The position numbers and the translations under genes are program-made. The notes beneath the pieces were generated by a model, which worked only from the letters and a program-made list of their open reading frames with translations, had not been told where the DNA came from and searched no databases. A DNA stretch of 64,000 bases from an uncultured delta proteobacterium (GTDB lineage Bacteria > Desulfobacterota > Syntrophia > Syntrophales > Smithellaceae), in the NCBI GenBank assembly GCA_963811325.1, contig CAWEQT010000001.1, forward strand, positions 1,624,294 through 1,688,293, given 5' to 3'. Shown one piece after another: positions 45,381-54,935 of the stretch. Positions within the stretch are counted from its first letter, which is position 1. Every line of letters begins with the position of its first letter.

Positions 45381-46280
45381 TTAACCTTTGTAAACATGAC
45401 TTCTGATGAAAGCCGCAAGTTCTTCTTGCGCTTTCCGTGCCTCGGGCAGGCTTACCACGGTGTGGAAAACGTGAAACAGGTCTTCCCATTCTTTGAGTAC
45501 GCAATCAACGCCGGCACGCTTGAGGGCTTTGGCCATTCGTTTTGAGTCATCAAGCAGCATTTCGCTTGTTCCTACGTGAATCAGCACCGGAGGCAGACCG
45601 CTTAAATCCGCGTACAAAGGAGAAATAAACGGCGAGCGCAAGTCCGCATCCTGCACGTATAGAGAAGCCATATAATTCAACCCCGATTTGGTTATAATGG
45701 GATCAACTTCATCTTTTGTCACAACTGTATCGCCGGTATTGGCGAGATCAACCCATGGAGATAGGGCAAAGGCTGCCGCGGGGAGAGGATCGCCCTTCCC
45801 TTTGAGTTCCAGCATCGTCGCAAATGTAAGACCCCCTCCGGCTGAATCTCCGCCGATAACAATGGACTTCGAGGGCACGCCCTGTTTCAATAACCAGCGA
45901 TATGCGTCGGCAGCGTCCTCAACAGCGGCGGGATGCGGGTCTTCCGGAGCAAGACGGTAGTCCACCGATAAAACTCTGATTTGGGATGAATCGCTCAACG
46001 CGCCGGCAAACGCCGCGTGCGTCTGAGCAGAACCCATTGTGTAACCTCCGCCATGAAGATACAAAATGGTTGTTTTGTTTTTATTTTTAGAAGCATCCAC
46101 CCACAACGCCTTCGGGCCTCCGGCATTGACTTTTTCGATTTTGCATCCCGCGGGCGGCCTGGAAAAAGACATCATATCTGCCAGCCCCCGGCGGCAAATC
46201 TCGATAGGAAGTTCTTGGATATTCGGCACTTTCATTTTGGCCATAAAGGCCATGACATTTTTCACATCCTGACTTATCAT
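45381..46280 (-). CDS. alpha/beta hydrolase, hormone-sensitive-lipase-type esterase
   Basis: Oxyanion LHGGGY, nucleophile GDSAGG, and later D and H (DLFHVF) positions. Start at MISQDV; the ORF opens at 46355. Confidence 0.85.
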   Translation of the reverse strand: MISQDVKNVMAFMAKMKVPNIQELPIEICRRGLADMMSFSRPPAGCKIEKVNAGGPKALWVDASKNKNKTTILYLHGGGYTMGSAQTHAAFAGALSDSSQIRVLSVDYRLAPEDPHPAAVEDAADAYRWLLKQGVPSKSIVIGGDSAGGGLTFATMLELKGKGDPLPAAAFALSPWVDLANTGDTVVTKDEVDPIITKSGLNYMASLYVQDADLRSPFISPLYADLSGLPPVLIHVGTSEMLLDDSKRMAKALKRAGVDCVLKEWEDLFHVFHTVVSLPEARKAQEELAAFIRSHVYKG

Positions 46281-46410
46281 TATTGTACCTCTTTTTTCGG
46301 TATAAGATGAAGATTTCAACGAAAGGGAACTATAACATGAAGGGTTGCATGTCAATTAAATATTGACATGCAACATATGATGCGTGGTGATGATAGCGAT
46401 GGCAACAAAA

Positions 46411-46776
46411 TTATTCTTCTAAAGATTTAATAATTAAATATGCAGTAGCTGTATTTGTCGCCAACGGAACATTATGCACATCACATATACGCATCAGCAT
46501 AAAAATATCAGGATCATGCGGATGGTTTCCTAATGGGTCGCGTAAGAATATAACCGCCTGAATTTTTCCATCAACTACATCAGCGGCAATCTGAGCATCG
46601 CCGCCAAGAGGGCCTGATTGTTTTTTCTCAACTTTCAACCCTGCCTTTTCAATATGACTGCCGGTAGAACCTGTGGCAATTAAGTTATATCTTTTTAGTA
46701 TATCAAAATTGTCTTTGACGAAGGCAACCATTTCCGCTTTTTTTCCATCATGCGCTATTATAGCTATAGTTTTCAT
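46411..46776 (-). CDS. mgsA: methylglyoxal synthase
   Basis: IAIIAHDGKK, LIATGSTG, GPLGGDAQIAA, FLRDPL..HPHDPD..ML.R.CDVHNVPLATN. Confidence 0.9.
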   Translation of the reverse strand: MKTIAIIAHDGKKAEMVAFVKDNFDILKRYNLIATGSTGSHIEKAGLKVEKKQSGPLGGDAQIAADVVDGKIQAVIFLRDPLGNHPHDPDIFMLMRICDVHNVPLATNTATAYLIIKSLEE

Positions 46777-46839
46777 TGCAACTATTTTAACCTCTATAAT
46801 TACAGAATAATCTTAACCAAACGACCTCAAATATATAGA

Positions 46840-47214
46840 TCATCCTAAATATTTATCTATTTTTTCCAATAATTCCTCTATTTTATACGGTTTAGATAAA
46901 AAATAATGCCCGCCGATAATATTTTTACGCTTTGTCTCTTCATCTTTAGATAATAATGCCGTAACAAAGATTATAGGAATACCCTGTGTCTGGAGGTTCT
47001 CCTGCAACATCTCCACCACTTCTCCTCCTTCAATATTTGGCATATGAATATCAAGCAATATTAAATCAGGATTTTCCGTTTTTGCCAATAAGATACCCTC
47101 TTCTCCGCTTTGAGCTGTCATAACGGAAAACCCGTTTTTTGTTAAATCATGATCTACTATTCTGAGAAAAATTCTGTCGTCATCTACTACCAGAATTCTT
47201 TTTGCTTCAGCCAC
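46840..47214 (-). CDS. single-domain response regulator (CheY-like receiver)
   Basis: ILVVDDD, DLILLDIHMP, PIIFVTA, LSKPY. The likely GTG start at 47214 follows GGAGG, 2 nt after the Hpt stop. Confidence 0.85.
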   Translation of the reverse strand: MAEAKRILVVDDDRIFLRIVDHDLTKNGFSVMTAQSGEEGILLAKTENPDLILLDIHMPNIEGGEVVEMLQENLQTQGIPIIFVTALLSKDEETKRKNIIGGHYFLSKPYKIEELLEKIDKYLG

Positions 47215-47536
47215 CGAAAACCTCCTTTTTAACTTCCTCAAAAGCAGCTCTTAGTTTTCCTATATTGCTTTTTATAATATTAATGTCTTGTTTTTCCGTT
47301 GATCCTATTTCTATCTCTTTTGCTATTGACTGAATTCCTACTATGCGCAGATTTCCGGCCGAGCCATGAATCAGATGCGCACTTTTCCGGATTTCTTCAT
47401 AATTTTTATTATCTACGATTTCTTCCAATGTTTTCAAGACCGGTTCTGTTTGTTCGATAAACATGTCCAACAATTCATTGAACAGATCTTCCGGCATATC
47501 CAGCTCCCGAAAAGCTTTTTCTCTGTCTATCAGCAT
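47207..47536 (-). CDS. Hpt (histidine phosphotransfer) domain protein
   Basis: SAHLIHGSAGNLR in a four-helix-bundle-sized 109-aa protein. Confidence 0.8.
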   Translation of the reverse strand: MLIDREKAFRELDMPEDLFNELLDMFIEQTEPVLKTLEEIVDNKNYEEIRKSAHLIHGSAGNLRIVGIQSIAKEIEIGSTEKQDINIIKSNIGKLRAAFEEVKKEVFGG

Positions 47537-47712
47537 TATAAGCCTCCCTTCTATCCATAAGGATTTGCCATCAACCTTCAGAATAGTTTTGGCCGCTTAT
47601 ATATAAATGATGGCTGACAGCATACAAATCTTTTTTAATCATACGCTAAGCTGGACCAATAGTATATTCTTTCTTTTGGCTTCGAATTGCCTCTTATAAA
47701 GTATTTTCGTCT

Positions 47713-48906
47713 CTACTTCGCAGACGCTAAGTGCTGTACGGCTTTTTCCAAACCATCGAGAGTAAGCTCGAACATGGGAAAAACCTGCCGGATTATCTCC
47801 GTCGTCCTGCTGTAAGACCATTCCTGAAGCGACATAGGATTTAACCAGACGCTATGATGGAAAGTTCTGGACAGAGATTTCAGACGTTCCAGACTCACGC
47901 CTGTTTGTTTCGCGTCTATGTAAATAGATCCGTTGGGATGAATCAATTCATAAGGAGCCATGTTGGCGTCTCCCACAATTATCAAACGGGTTTCCGGATC
48001 CAAGCGAACAAAATCGTCAACTTCCTGCGGTTTGTAGTATCTCTGCGGATCTGCCCAAACGCGGTTATAAATTGTGTTGTGGAAAAAATAAATTTTTAAA
48101 TCCTTGAACTGAGAGCTGGCGTAATGAAAAAGAGTCTGAACAACATCAATGTATGGATCCATAGACCAGCCGCCGTTATCAATCAACAGTATAACCTTCA
48201 GGCGATCAGCCAGACGACGGTCGAAGATAATCTCGATTTCCCCTGCATTGCGCATGGTTTCATAGACGGTGCTGTCAACGTTCACGATATCTTTTGGCCC
48301 CGTAGGCGCCATGCGGCGCAGTCTTTTCAGCGCCTCTCCCATTTGAGACTGAGTCAGGGGGCCGTCCTGGGAATAATCCCGGTAGCGCCGCTCCAGGGCC
48401 ACTTTGATGGCCGAATGGTTTCTCGATTCTCCGCCAACACGCATCCCGCCCGGATGTGTTCCGGAGTGTCCCGTGGGTGAAGTTCCTTTCGTTCCAATCC
48501 ATTTATTGCCACCGTGATGCGCTTCAGTCTGCTCCTTCAGGCGGTCAAGAAAATATTGAATCAGCTCTTCCGGCGTCATCTTTTTCAGTTTCTCTTGATC
48601 AATTCCCAGAGCGTCAGCCATTCCTTCAGGATTTTGCAGCCATTCCTCAAGCATGGCGCGGGCGATTGCCGTCAATTCCACGGCAGTGGGATCTTCCAGG
48701 AAAGCGTTTTCGAAATGGTGAGCAAATATCTGATCGTAAGTATCGAAATAACGTTCGCTCTTCACAAGAATGGTTCTGGCGACGGTGTAAAAATCATCGA
48801 GAGAATGAACAAGTCCTGCATTCATCGCTTTCTGCAGACGCAGAAAAGACGTTGGCGTGACAGGAATTCCACGGTCTCTCAAAGTATAGAAGAAATTGAC
48901 AAACAC
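47713..48906 (-). CDS. VWA domain protein, CoxE-like
   Basis: N-terminal FFY.LR..G.PV....FL.L..A pattern and a C-terminal VWA-like region (VILLIDNGGWSM, RLIIVGDANM). Lies 10 nt downstream of a MoxR-type ATPase. Confidence 0.75.
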   Translation of the reverse strand: MFVNFFYTLRDRGIPVTPTSFLRLQKAMNAGLVHSLDDFYTVARTILVKSERYFDTYDQIFAHHFENAFLEDPTAVELTAIARAMLEEWLQNPEGMADALGIDQEKLKKMTPEELIQYFLDRLKEQTEAHHGGNKWIGTKGTSPTGHSGTHPGGMRVGGESRNHSAIKVALERRYRDYSQDGPLTQSQMGEALKRLRRMAPTGPKDIVNVDSTVYETMRNAGEIEIIFDRRLADRLKVILLIDNGGWSMDPYIDVVQTLFHYASSQFKDLKIYFFHNTIYNRVWADPQRYYKPQEVDDFVRLDPETRLIIVGDANMAPYELIHPNGSIYIDAKQTGVSLERLKSLSRTFHHSVWLNPMSLQEWSYSRTTEIIRQVFPMFELTLDGLEKAVQHLASAK

Positions 48907-48916
48907 AAATCAAACC

Positions 48917-49768
48917 TCAACCACGTGATTTAACAACCTGCTGGATTGCCTGTTGAAGGTCAGCGCTTTTCTTGAACAGAACTCCCAGGAAAGGCACCCT
49001 TCCTTGAAGAAGTGTTTTGGGTCTAAAGTCCGGATCGCTTTTCAGAGCTCGAATCCAGTTGATCAATTCCCGCGTGGCCGGTTTTTTCTCGATTCCCCGC
49101 AGCTCCCGCAAACGGTAAAACGTACTGATGCAGATGCTCATCAATTCTTCATCCAGTTTGGGAAAATGCACTTCCACTATCAGGCGCATCATATCGGGAT
49201 CGGGAAAAGCTATATGATGAAAATTGCAGCGTCCGAGAAATGGATCGGAGAGATCCTTCTTGGCATTGGAAGTTATGACAATCACAGGACGGTGTTTGGC
49301 CTTGATGGTTTTGTCTATTTCTATAATATCAAACTGCATCTGGTCGAGCACGTCGAGCATATCGTCCTGAAAATCGGTGTCGGCCTTGTCAATCTCATCA
49401 ATAAGTAGAATGGTTTTTTTATCTGCCGTAAAAGCCTGACCAACCTTGCCCATTTTAATATATGATTCGATATTGCTCACATCACGCTTGGAATCGCCGA
49501 AACGGCTGTCGTTGAGGCGTGTGAGTGTGTCGTACTGATAAAGCGCCTCAATAAGCTTCATGCTTGACTTGACGTTCAAAACAATCAGAGGCATTTGCAG
49601 ACTTTCCGCAATGGCATGAGCCAGCATGGTCTTTCCAGTGCCGGGTTCGCCCTTGAGTAAAAGAGGCATTTCCAAAGTCATGGAAACATTTACGATTTTC
49701 GCCAGTTCATTATCTAAAACATATTTAGATGCGCCACTGAACCTGGTATTATTTTTTTCTGAAGACAT
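48917..49768 (-). CDS. MoxR/CoxD-like AAA+ ATPase
   Basis: Walker A GEPGTGKT, Walker B LLIDEIDK, ITSN sensor region. Confidence 0.85.
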   Translation of the reverse strand: MSSEKNNTRFSGASKYVLDNELAKIVNVSMTLEMPLLLKGEPGTGKTMLAHAIAESLQMPLIVLNVKSSMKLIEALYQYDTLTRLNDSRFGDSKRDVSNIESYIKMGKVGQAFTADKKTILLIDEIDKADTDFQDDMLDVLDQMQFDIIEIDKTIKAKHRPVIVITSNAKKDLSDPFLGRCNFHHIAFPDPDMMRLIVEVHFPKLDEELMSICISTFYRLRELRGIEKKPATRELINWIRALKSDPDFRPKTLLQGRVPFLGVLFKKSADLQQAIQQVVKSRG

Positions 49769-49793
49769 GATAAACTCCTGTTACCCTTGTTTT

Positions 49794-49917
49794 ATAACAT
49801 TTTAATCAAAGCGCTATTTTTGTTGGCTTCGTTGTCGGCTTCCTCAACGTATCAGCATATACGCCTCGTCGCCTTAAGCCTAGACGCCTCAATATCATCT
49901 TTGATTAAAAATGTTAT
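49794..49917 (-). repeat. family 1 intergenic repeat, copy C5 (short form with outer stem, reverse orientation; in the moxR leader)
   Basis: Outer stem 49794-49811 / 49899-49917. Its reverse complement aligns base-for-base in architecture with copy C2. Confidence 0.7.
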
Positions 49918-50048
49918 TGAAACTCAATGCTTCCGCAAAGGGTCAATTTGTAATTTTACAACTTTTTTTCATTATCCGATTCTGCTGAAAAATACCAGCC
50001 GTTTTTGATTGGGTTTTGACAACGAATTCCCCTAATACCCTTTTGCTG

Positions 50049-50283
50049 TCAAAGGATAACGAGGCGGCAAGGCGGAGGCTCCGCAGACGAATATGTTCCC
50101 GTAGTGCGACCCAAAGGGAGCACAATAAAAAACAAACCTTTTCCTTACCGGTCAGCTACGCCGCAATGGCGTAGCTGACACATACGTTGAGGAAGCCGAC
50201 GACGAAGCTAACAAAGTTAGCCACTGACCGGGAACGCATCTCGCAGAGAAGCTCATAATAAATAAGCAATCTTACCTTACCGG
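50049..50283 (+). repeat. family 1 intergenic repeat, copy C6 (long form with internal two-hairpin module and tail)
   Basis: Left arm 50049-50089, internal hairpins GTGCGACCC-AAA-GGGAGCAC and GTCAGCTACGCC-GCAA-TGGCGTAGCTGAC, right arm 50184-50222 ending in GCTAAC-AAA-GTTAGC, and a tail to ~50283. Confidence 0.7.
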
Positions 50284-50293
50284 CGAAAGTGTA

Positions 50294-51790
50294 TCAGACT
50301 ATCAGTGACGGGCGTTTATCAAACCACGGCTTTGCTTTTTCCAACTGAAACGCAAGCCTAAACAGAGTGGATTCATTGCCGAAAGGCGCGATAAACTGGA
50401 CGCCGCAGGGCATGCCGTTTTTATCCCAGTGCAACGGCATATTCATCGCGGGCTGGCCGGTAAAATTGCCTATCTGGGTGAACGGTGTTTTGGCAAGAGT
50501 TTGTATGGCTATTTGATTTATCATTCCGGTTGCTTTAGCTAGAGAGCCAAGTTTCAGGAAACTTAATATTTCCATAGCGGTCTTTTCGTATGATTTCGGC
50601 TGAAGCTCTCCTATTTTTGCCGCAGGGAAAGCTACCGTCGGAGTGAGATATAAATCGTACTTCAAATGAAATTGTCCCATCACTCTTGCGGCGGTATCCC
50701 ATTCACGCATGGCACTCACGAAATCTGACGCGCTGTAACAATGGCCAAGTTCACCGAAAAACCATGTCGTTATTTCAAAATCTTCCCGTCCGACCTTTTT
50801 CTTTAGCACAGATTCCGCCAATTCTATATCAGCCGCAGTTTCTCCAAAATAAAGAGTGAAATAAGAGTTAGCCAGTTTTACGCCGTCAAGTTCCGGTTTG
50901 GCCTCTTCCACTTTGTGCCCTAATTCTTCCAGCAGTCTGACGGTTTCATAAACGGCCTGTTTACAATACTCATGCGTTCCCGTGCCCAGCGGAGATTCTG
51001 TGTTAAAGGCGATTTTCAACGAACCGAGTTCCTGGTTTATTTCTTCGCTGTAACGTATTTCCGGAGGTTTGAGAATATAAGGCGCACCCGGATCGGCTCC
51101 CTGAGTCGCATCGAGCATCGCGGCGCTATCCCGCACCGACCGTGTCAGCACATGCTCCGCCGTCGCACCCTGCCATAGCTTGCCATATTTCGGCCCTGTC
51201 GGAGTGCGTCCCCGTGACGGTTTCAGGCCGAACAGACCGCAATAACACGAAGGAATGCGAATAGAACCGCCTCCATCGCCGCCTGATGCCAGAGGCACCA
51301 TGCCGGAAGCCACTGCCGCGGCGGAGCCTCCGCTTGATCCGCCGGGAGTATGCTCTATATTCCAGGGATTGCGCGTCGGGCCGAACAACTCCGGTTCAGT
51401 TATGCCCATCAAACCGAATTCGGGAGTGTTTGTTTTTCCCAACGCGATCAGACCCGCTCTTTTGAAGCGTATTACAAGCTCGCTATCATAATCGGGAACA
51501 TAATCTTTGTATGCGCGGCAGCCCCATGTTAATTTGACTCCGGCGTAAGAACTGATTAAATCTTTCAAAAGAAAAGGAACGCCGCTAAACGGCCCGTCAG
51601 GCAGAGGGTTTTTGGCTGTATCGCGTCCGATATCGAACATCGGAGTTACCACCGCGTTGATAATAGGGTTGATTTTTTCCACGCGGCTTATTGCTTCTTC
51701 GCAAAGTTCGGCAGGAGAAATTTTTTTCTCCCGTACAAGTTTCGCCAATCCTAGTCCGTCATATTTATCGTACTCAACAAAACCAGCCAT
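50294..51790 (-). CDS. amidase (amidase-signature family)
   Basis: [14 protein letters not shown]...[12 protein letters not shown] signature. 498 aa. Confidence 0.85.
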   Translation of the reverse strand: MAGFVEYDKYDGLGLAKLVREKKISPAELCEEAISRVEKINPIINAVVTPMFDIGRDTAKNPLPDGPFSGVPFLLKDLISSYAGVKLTWGCRAYKDYVPDYDSELVIRFKRAGLIALGKTNTPEFGLMGITEPELFGPTRNPWNIEHTPGGSSGGSAAAVASGMVPLASGGDGGGSIRIPSCYCGLFGLKPSRGRTPTGPKYGKLWQGATAEHVLTRSVRDSAAMLDATQGADPGAPYILKPPEIRYSEEINQELGSLKIAFNTESPLGTGTHEYCKQAVYETVRLLEELGHKVEEAKPELDGVKLANSYFTLYFGETAADIELAESVLKKKVGREDFEITTWFFGELGHCYSASDFVSAMREWDTAARVMGQFHLKYDLYLTPTVAFPAAKIGELQPKSYEKTAMEILSFLKLGSLAKATGMINQIAIQTLAKTPFTQIGNFTGQPAMNMPLHWDKNGMPCGVQFIAPFGNESTLFRLAFQLEKAKPWFDKRPSLIV

Positions 51791-51873
51791 GATCTAAGCC
51801 TCCCTTTCCGATAAAAAATAATTACAAAGAATATATTAGGCCAAAATCGTTTTAAAATCCAATAGAATTTTCA

Positions 51874-51908
51874 GGATAATAAATGACGACAAAGCCAACA
51901 AAGTTAGC
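51874..51908 (+). repeat. family 1 intergenic repeat, copy C7 (minimal derivative)
   Basis: GGATAATAAATGACGACAAAGCCAACAAAGTTAGC: the left-arm start joined to the right-arm end. Confidence 0.5.
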
Positions 51909-51930
51909 TTTTGTAGGCAATTTGTATAAA

Positions 51931-53514
51931 TTAATCCTTCGGCGGATACCCCGTTATATCCCTGATCTCCTTAAACAGAGGCCTCAAACGCCCGTACATT
52001 TTAAGGTAAACTCTTCTGTAGAGCTCATCGTAGATCTTTTGATTATCCTGAATCGGCTCAAACACCCTTCCCGTTTTAGTCATGGCCTTAACAGCGGCTG
52101 GAAAATCAGGATAAAGTTTGAGCCCGATAACCGCGTCGATTGCCGCGCCGAGAGCGGATGTCTCAAAGGTGTTCGGCCGTTCCGCCGCCATCCCGAAAAT
52201 ATCGGCCGTAATCTGCATTGCTGCGTCGCTTTGCGAACCTCCTCCGGAAACCTTCAATCTGGTTACCGGCACTTTTGTCTTGCGCTGCGTCAGTTCTCCC
52301 CCTTCCCTTAAACCGTAGACCAGTCCCTCCAGTATGGCGCGGTACAGATGCGCCCTGTTATGGACATCGCCGAAACCGATAACCGATCCCTTGGCGTAGG
52401 ACTCGATGTCTCTGCCCGGAGTCCAGTACGGCTGAAGCATTAATCCCATAGAACCGGCCGGCACATTCTGAATCAGTGAATCAAAAAGCGTTTCCGGCGC
52501 CTGATCCTTTTGCTGGGCAATCATGCACTCCTGCAGGCCGAACTCTTCCTTGAACCAGCTTACCATCCAAAAACCGCGGAATATCGAAATTTCAGTATAA
52601 TAAGTGTCCGGAACGCACGCGGGATATGGCGACATCATCGGACGCAGTTCGACATACTTTGGAGTGGCCACGTCAAAAGTTGCGATAGTCCCGAAGCTTA
52701 GACAACCGATTTCGGGAGTTAGACAACCGGAGCCGAGTATTTCGCAGCCCTTGTCCGATCCCGCCGCGAAGACCGGTAACCCTTCCGGTATGCCTGTTTC
52801 TAAAGACGCCTTTTTTGTAATCTGCCCCATAATTTCCGAAGGCTTCACAAGTTTGGGCAGTTTTTCCCGCTCAACCTTAAACAGCAGCCATTTAAAATCG
52901 TATTTCCCCGCCCATTGATATGTCTTATTGTTGAACGGCAGATATCCGATATTGTTGCCCACGGAATCAACAAACTCGCCGGTTAGCCTGTGCGTGAAGA
53001 ACCCTGACAGATATAAATACTTATGCGTCTTTTTCCATATGTCCGGCTGCTGTTGGCATATCCAGTTAGCCTCACAATCCTTTATCACACCTTCCACAGT
53101 ATCAAGTAGATTTACCGCTTTAAGCACGGGCCGCAGAGCGCTGGACATAATTTCCCGTGAGTCCGCCTTTCTCTGGTCAAGCCAGACAATCGCTGGCCGG
53201 AGCGCTTTTCCGTTTTCGTCCACATTTATTATGGTGGCCCGCTGTGTCGTAAGTGTAACTCCTACTATATCTTTTTTAAGGGTTTCATGATTGAGAAGCA
53301 GTTGACCGGTTGTTTTGCAGAGCACATCCCAATAATAATCAGGCTGCTGCTCCGCCCAGCCGGGATGCTCTGAAAAATAAGGCTGGATCGGTGTTTTAAC
53401 GATATGCAGTATATTTCCGTTCAGATCAATAAGGGCAGCCCTTATCGATTGAGTTCCCGCGTCTATGGACAGGATTAATTCTTTCGATTGATTATTTAAT
53501 TGTGGCATATGCAC
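51931..53514 (-). CDS. FGGY-family carbohydrate kinase
   Basis: ILSIDAGTQSIRAAL N-terminus and C-terminal ...VSGGGSQSDAAMQITADIFG... pattern. 527 aa. Confidence 0.85.
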   Translation of the reverse strand: MHMPQLNNQSKELILSIDAGTQSIRAALIDLNGNILHIVKTPIQPYFSEHPGWAEQQPDYYWDVLCKTTGQLLLNHETLKKDIVGVTLTTQRATIINVDENGKALRPAIVWLDQRKADSREIMSSALRPVLKAVNLLDTVEGVIKDCEANWICQQQPDIWKKTHKYLYLSGFFTHRLTGEFVDSVGNNIGYLPFNNKTYQWAGKYDFKWLLFKVEREKLPKLVKPSEIMGQITKKASLETGIPEGLPVFAAGSDKGCEILGSGCLTPEIGCLSFGTIATFDVATPKYVELRPMMSPYPACVPDTYYTEISIFRGFWMVSWFKEEFGLQECMIAQQKDQAPETLFDSLIQNVPAGSMGLMLQPYWTPGRDIESYAKGSVIGFGDVHNRAHLYRAILEGLVYGLREGGELTQRKTKVPVTRLKVSGGGSQSDAAMQITADIFGMAAERPNTFETSALGAAIDAVIGLKLYPDFPAAVKAMTKTGRVFEPIQDNQKIYDELYRRVYLKMYGRLRPLFKEIRDITGYPPKD

Positions 53515-53545
53515 CTCGCTATGTTTTTTATAAAGACTTCTAAGT

Positions 53546-54868
53546 TTAAATTAATGGCACAATACTGGCCTGTGAGCCTTTGATTTTAGCAGTAACGAAC
53601 AGTGCGGCGGTATGCGCCAAATCAACATTCGACAACTGGACCGGATGAATCCCCATATGTTTGCACAGACCATAGGTAGTCAGCGCCAGGTTATTGCATC
53701 CCGGACTCATGGTTACATTGCGTTTTCCCAGGCGCGTCTGGAGCGCTACGCCGTAATCCTGAATGGCGCAGCTGCCGGCGATATGCACCCGGCCTTTGAT
53801 TTGATCGACCGCGGCTTTGTCGATGCCCTTTCCCATAAGGATGGTAAAATCGCCCTTGCCGTCATGATCGCGGTAGAGCATTTCGACCACCGTCTTGGTA
53901 TTGCGGCGGCAGCCCTCCTTGCAGCAGCGTTCCTGTCCCCTAAGAAAAGTTATATCCGGCGGATAATCATCGAGTAGTTCGCAGGTGAAGTGCTGCCGGC
54001 GCTCATCGAACAGGTTCTTGTTGATTATATCGATACGGTTCATATCACTGATGCCGATGCCCGTGGCGGCGCAGCGATCAAGATGTTTGACTTCGGCCAG
54101 ATCAAAACCTAACAGGGCCGCACCCACAACGTCAGTAGCAAGCGGGTCAGATCCGCCAATGAGCAGATCCACGGGCACTACGCATTTGGAAGCATTATAA
54201 GTCGTGGGGTAATGGCCATGATTGGTGGCAATAAGGCCGTCGATCAGGGCGAAGTCCGGCCTCAACACACGGTAGATGTCCGCGAATTTCTGATGGATGC
54301 GATAGTTGTGATCCGCAATGCGGCTTGACTGATGCACGAGACCGAACTGATTCTTAATGGAGAGTGTCACCTGCGACATAGAGTGGGTCTTGAGTTTGGG
54401 CAGTGACAGATAAAAATTTTCGGCGCGCTTTTCAATGAGCCGTTCGAAGACAAAATGCGAGATATCGATGAATTCCTCGATGCCTTCTAAAAAGATCGGA
54501 ACAGACGCGGTTTCGTCAAGATACACCGGAACAGCGCCTGTTTCCTTGCAGACTTTCAGATACCCGATGGCATGGAACACTAGGCGCGTAAAGTTGGCCT
54601 GAGTGCAGTTCTCAATCACGTAGATCGTGCGCGCCTCGCAGGAGCGGAAGTAAAGAATTGTTTCGCGCAAGACTTCCGGGTCTGTATAAACATAGGGCTC
54701 AAGACCCACCGCATTGACCTTAATATAAACGTCCCGGCTGGTACGCAGCATACTGCCTCCGCCGCCGAAATGTTCGAAGACCGCGCTTACCGCTTTTGCA
54801 ATGCCTGTTTTTGTGTCTGCCAGAATGACTTGAGCCCTTGCTTTGTCCATTTCTCCCGCTTTCTGCAT
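53546..54868 (-). CDS. DUF362 domain protein with Cys-rich C-terminal region
   Basis: VYIKVNAV......YTDPEVLRETI..F......IYVIEN and ..LKTH......LSIKNQFG pattern of DUF362. C-terminal CCKEGCRRN...GSCAIQD. Confidence 0.7.
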   Translation of the reverse strand: MQKAGEMDKARAQVILADTKTGIAKAVSAVFEHFGGGGSMLRTSRDVYIKVNAVGLEPYVYTDPEVLRETILYFRSCEARTIYVIENCTQANFTRLVFHAIGYLKVCKETGAVPVYLDETASVPIFLEGIEEFIDISHFVFERLIEKRAENFYLSLPKLKTHSMSQVTLSIKNQFGLVHQSSRIADHNYRIHQKFADIYRVLRPDFALIDGLIATNHGHYPTTYNASKCVVPVDLLIGGSDPLATDVVGAALLGFDLAEVKHLDRCAATGIGISDMNRIDIINKNLFDERRQHFTCELLDDYPPDITFLRGQERCCKEGCRRNTKTVVEMLYRDHDGKGDFTILMGKGIDKAAVDQIKGRVHIAGSCAIQDYGVALQTRLGKRNVTMSPGCNNLALTTYGLCKHMGIHPVQLSNVDLAHTAALFVTAKIKGSQASIVPLI

Positions 54869-54935
54869 GCCTTCCTCCTTGTCGTGATCGTTAAGGGTTT
54901 GTGGGGCAATTCGGGTTATCTCCGGTTGCCTATAA

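Noticed and set aside
50184-50230. Right arm of the family 1 repeat as a conserved small peptide (…YVEEADDEANKVSH-stop)
   Set aside because: One frame reads similarly in several copies. However, differences between copies are not concentrated at third codon positions, copy 38645-38736 is frameshifted relative to the others, there is no consistent start codon or SD, and copies occur in both orientations relative to neighbouring genes.
30508-51908. CRISPR array or other regularly spaced repeat array
   Set aside because: The repeats are dispersed over 21 kb in separate intergenic regions and in both orientations. They are long and internally structured, with no repeat-spacer periodicity and no cas genes in the window.
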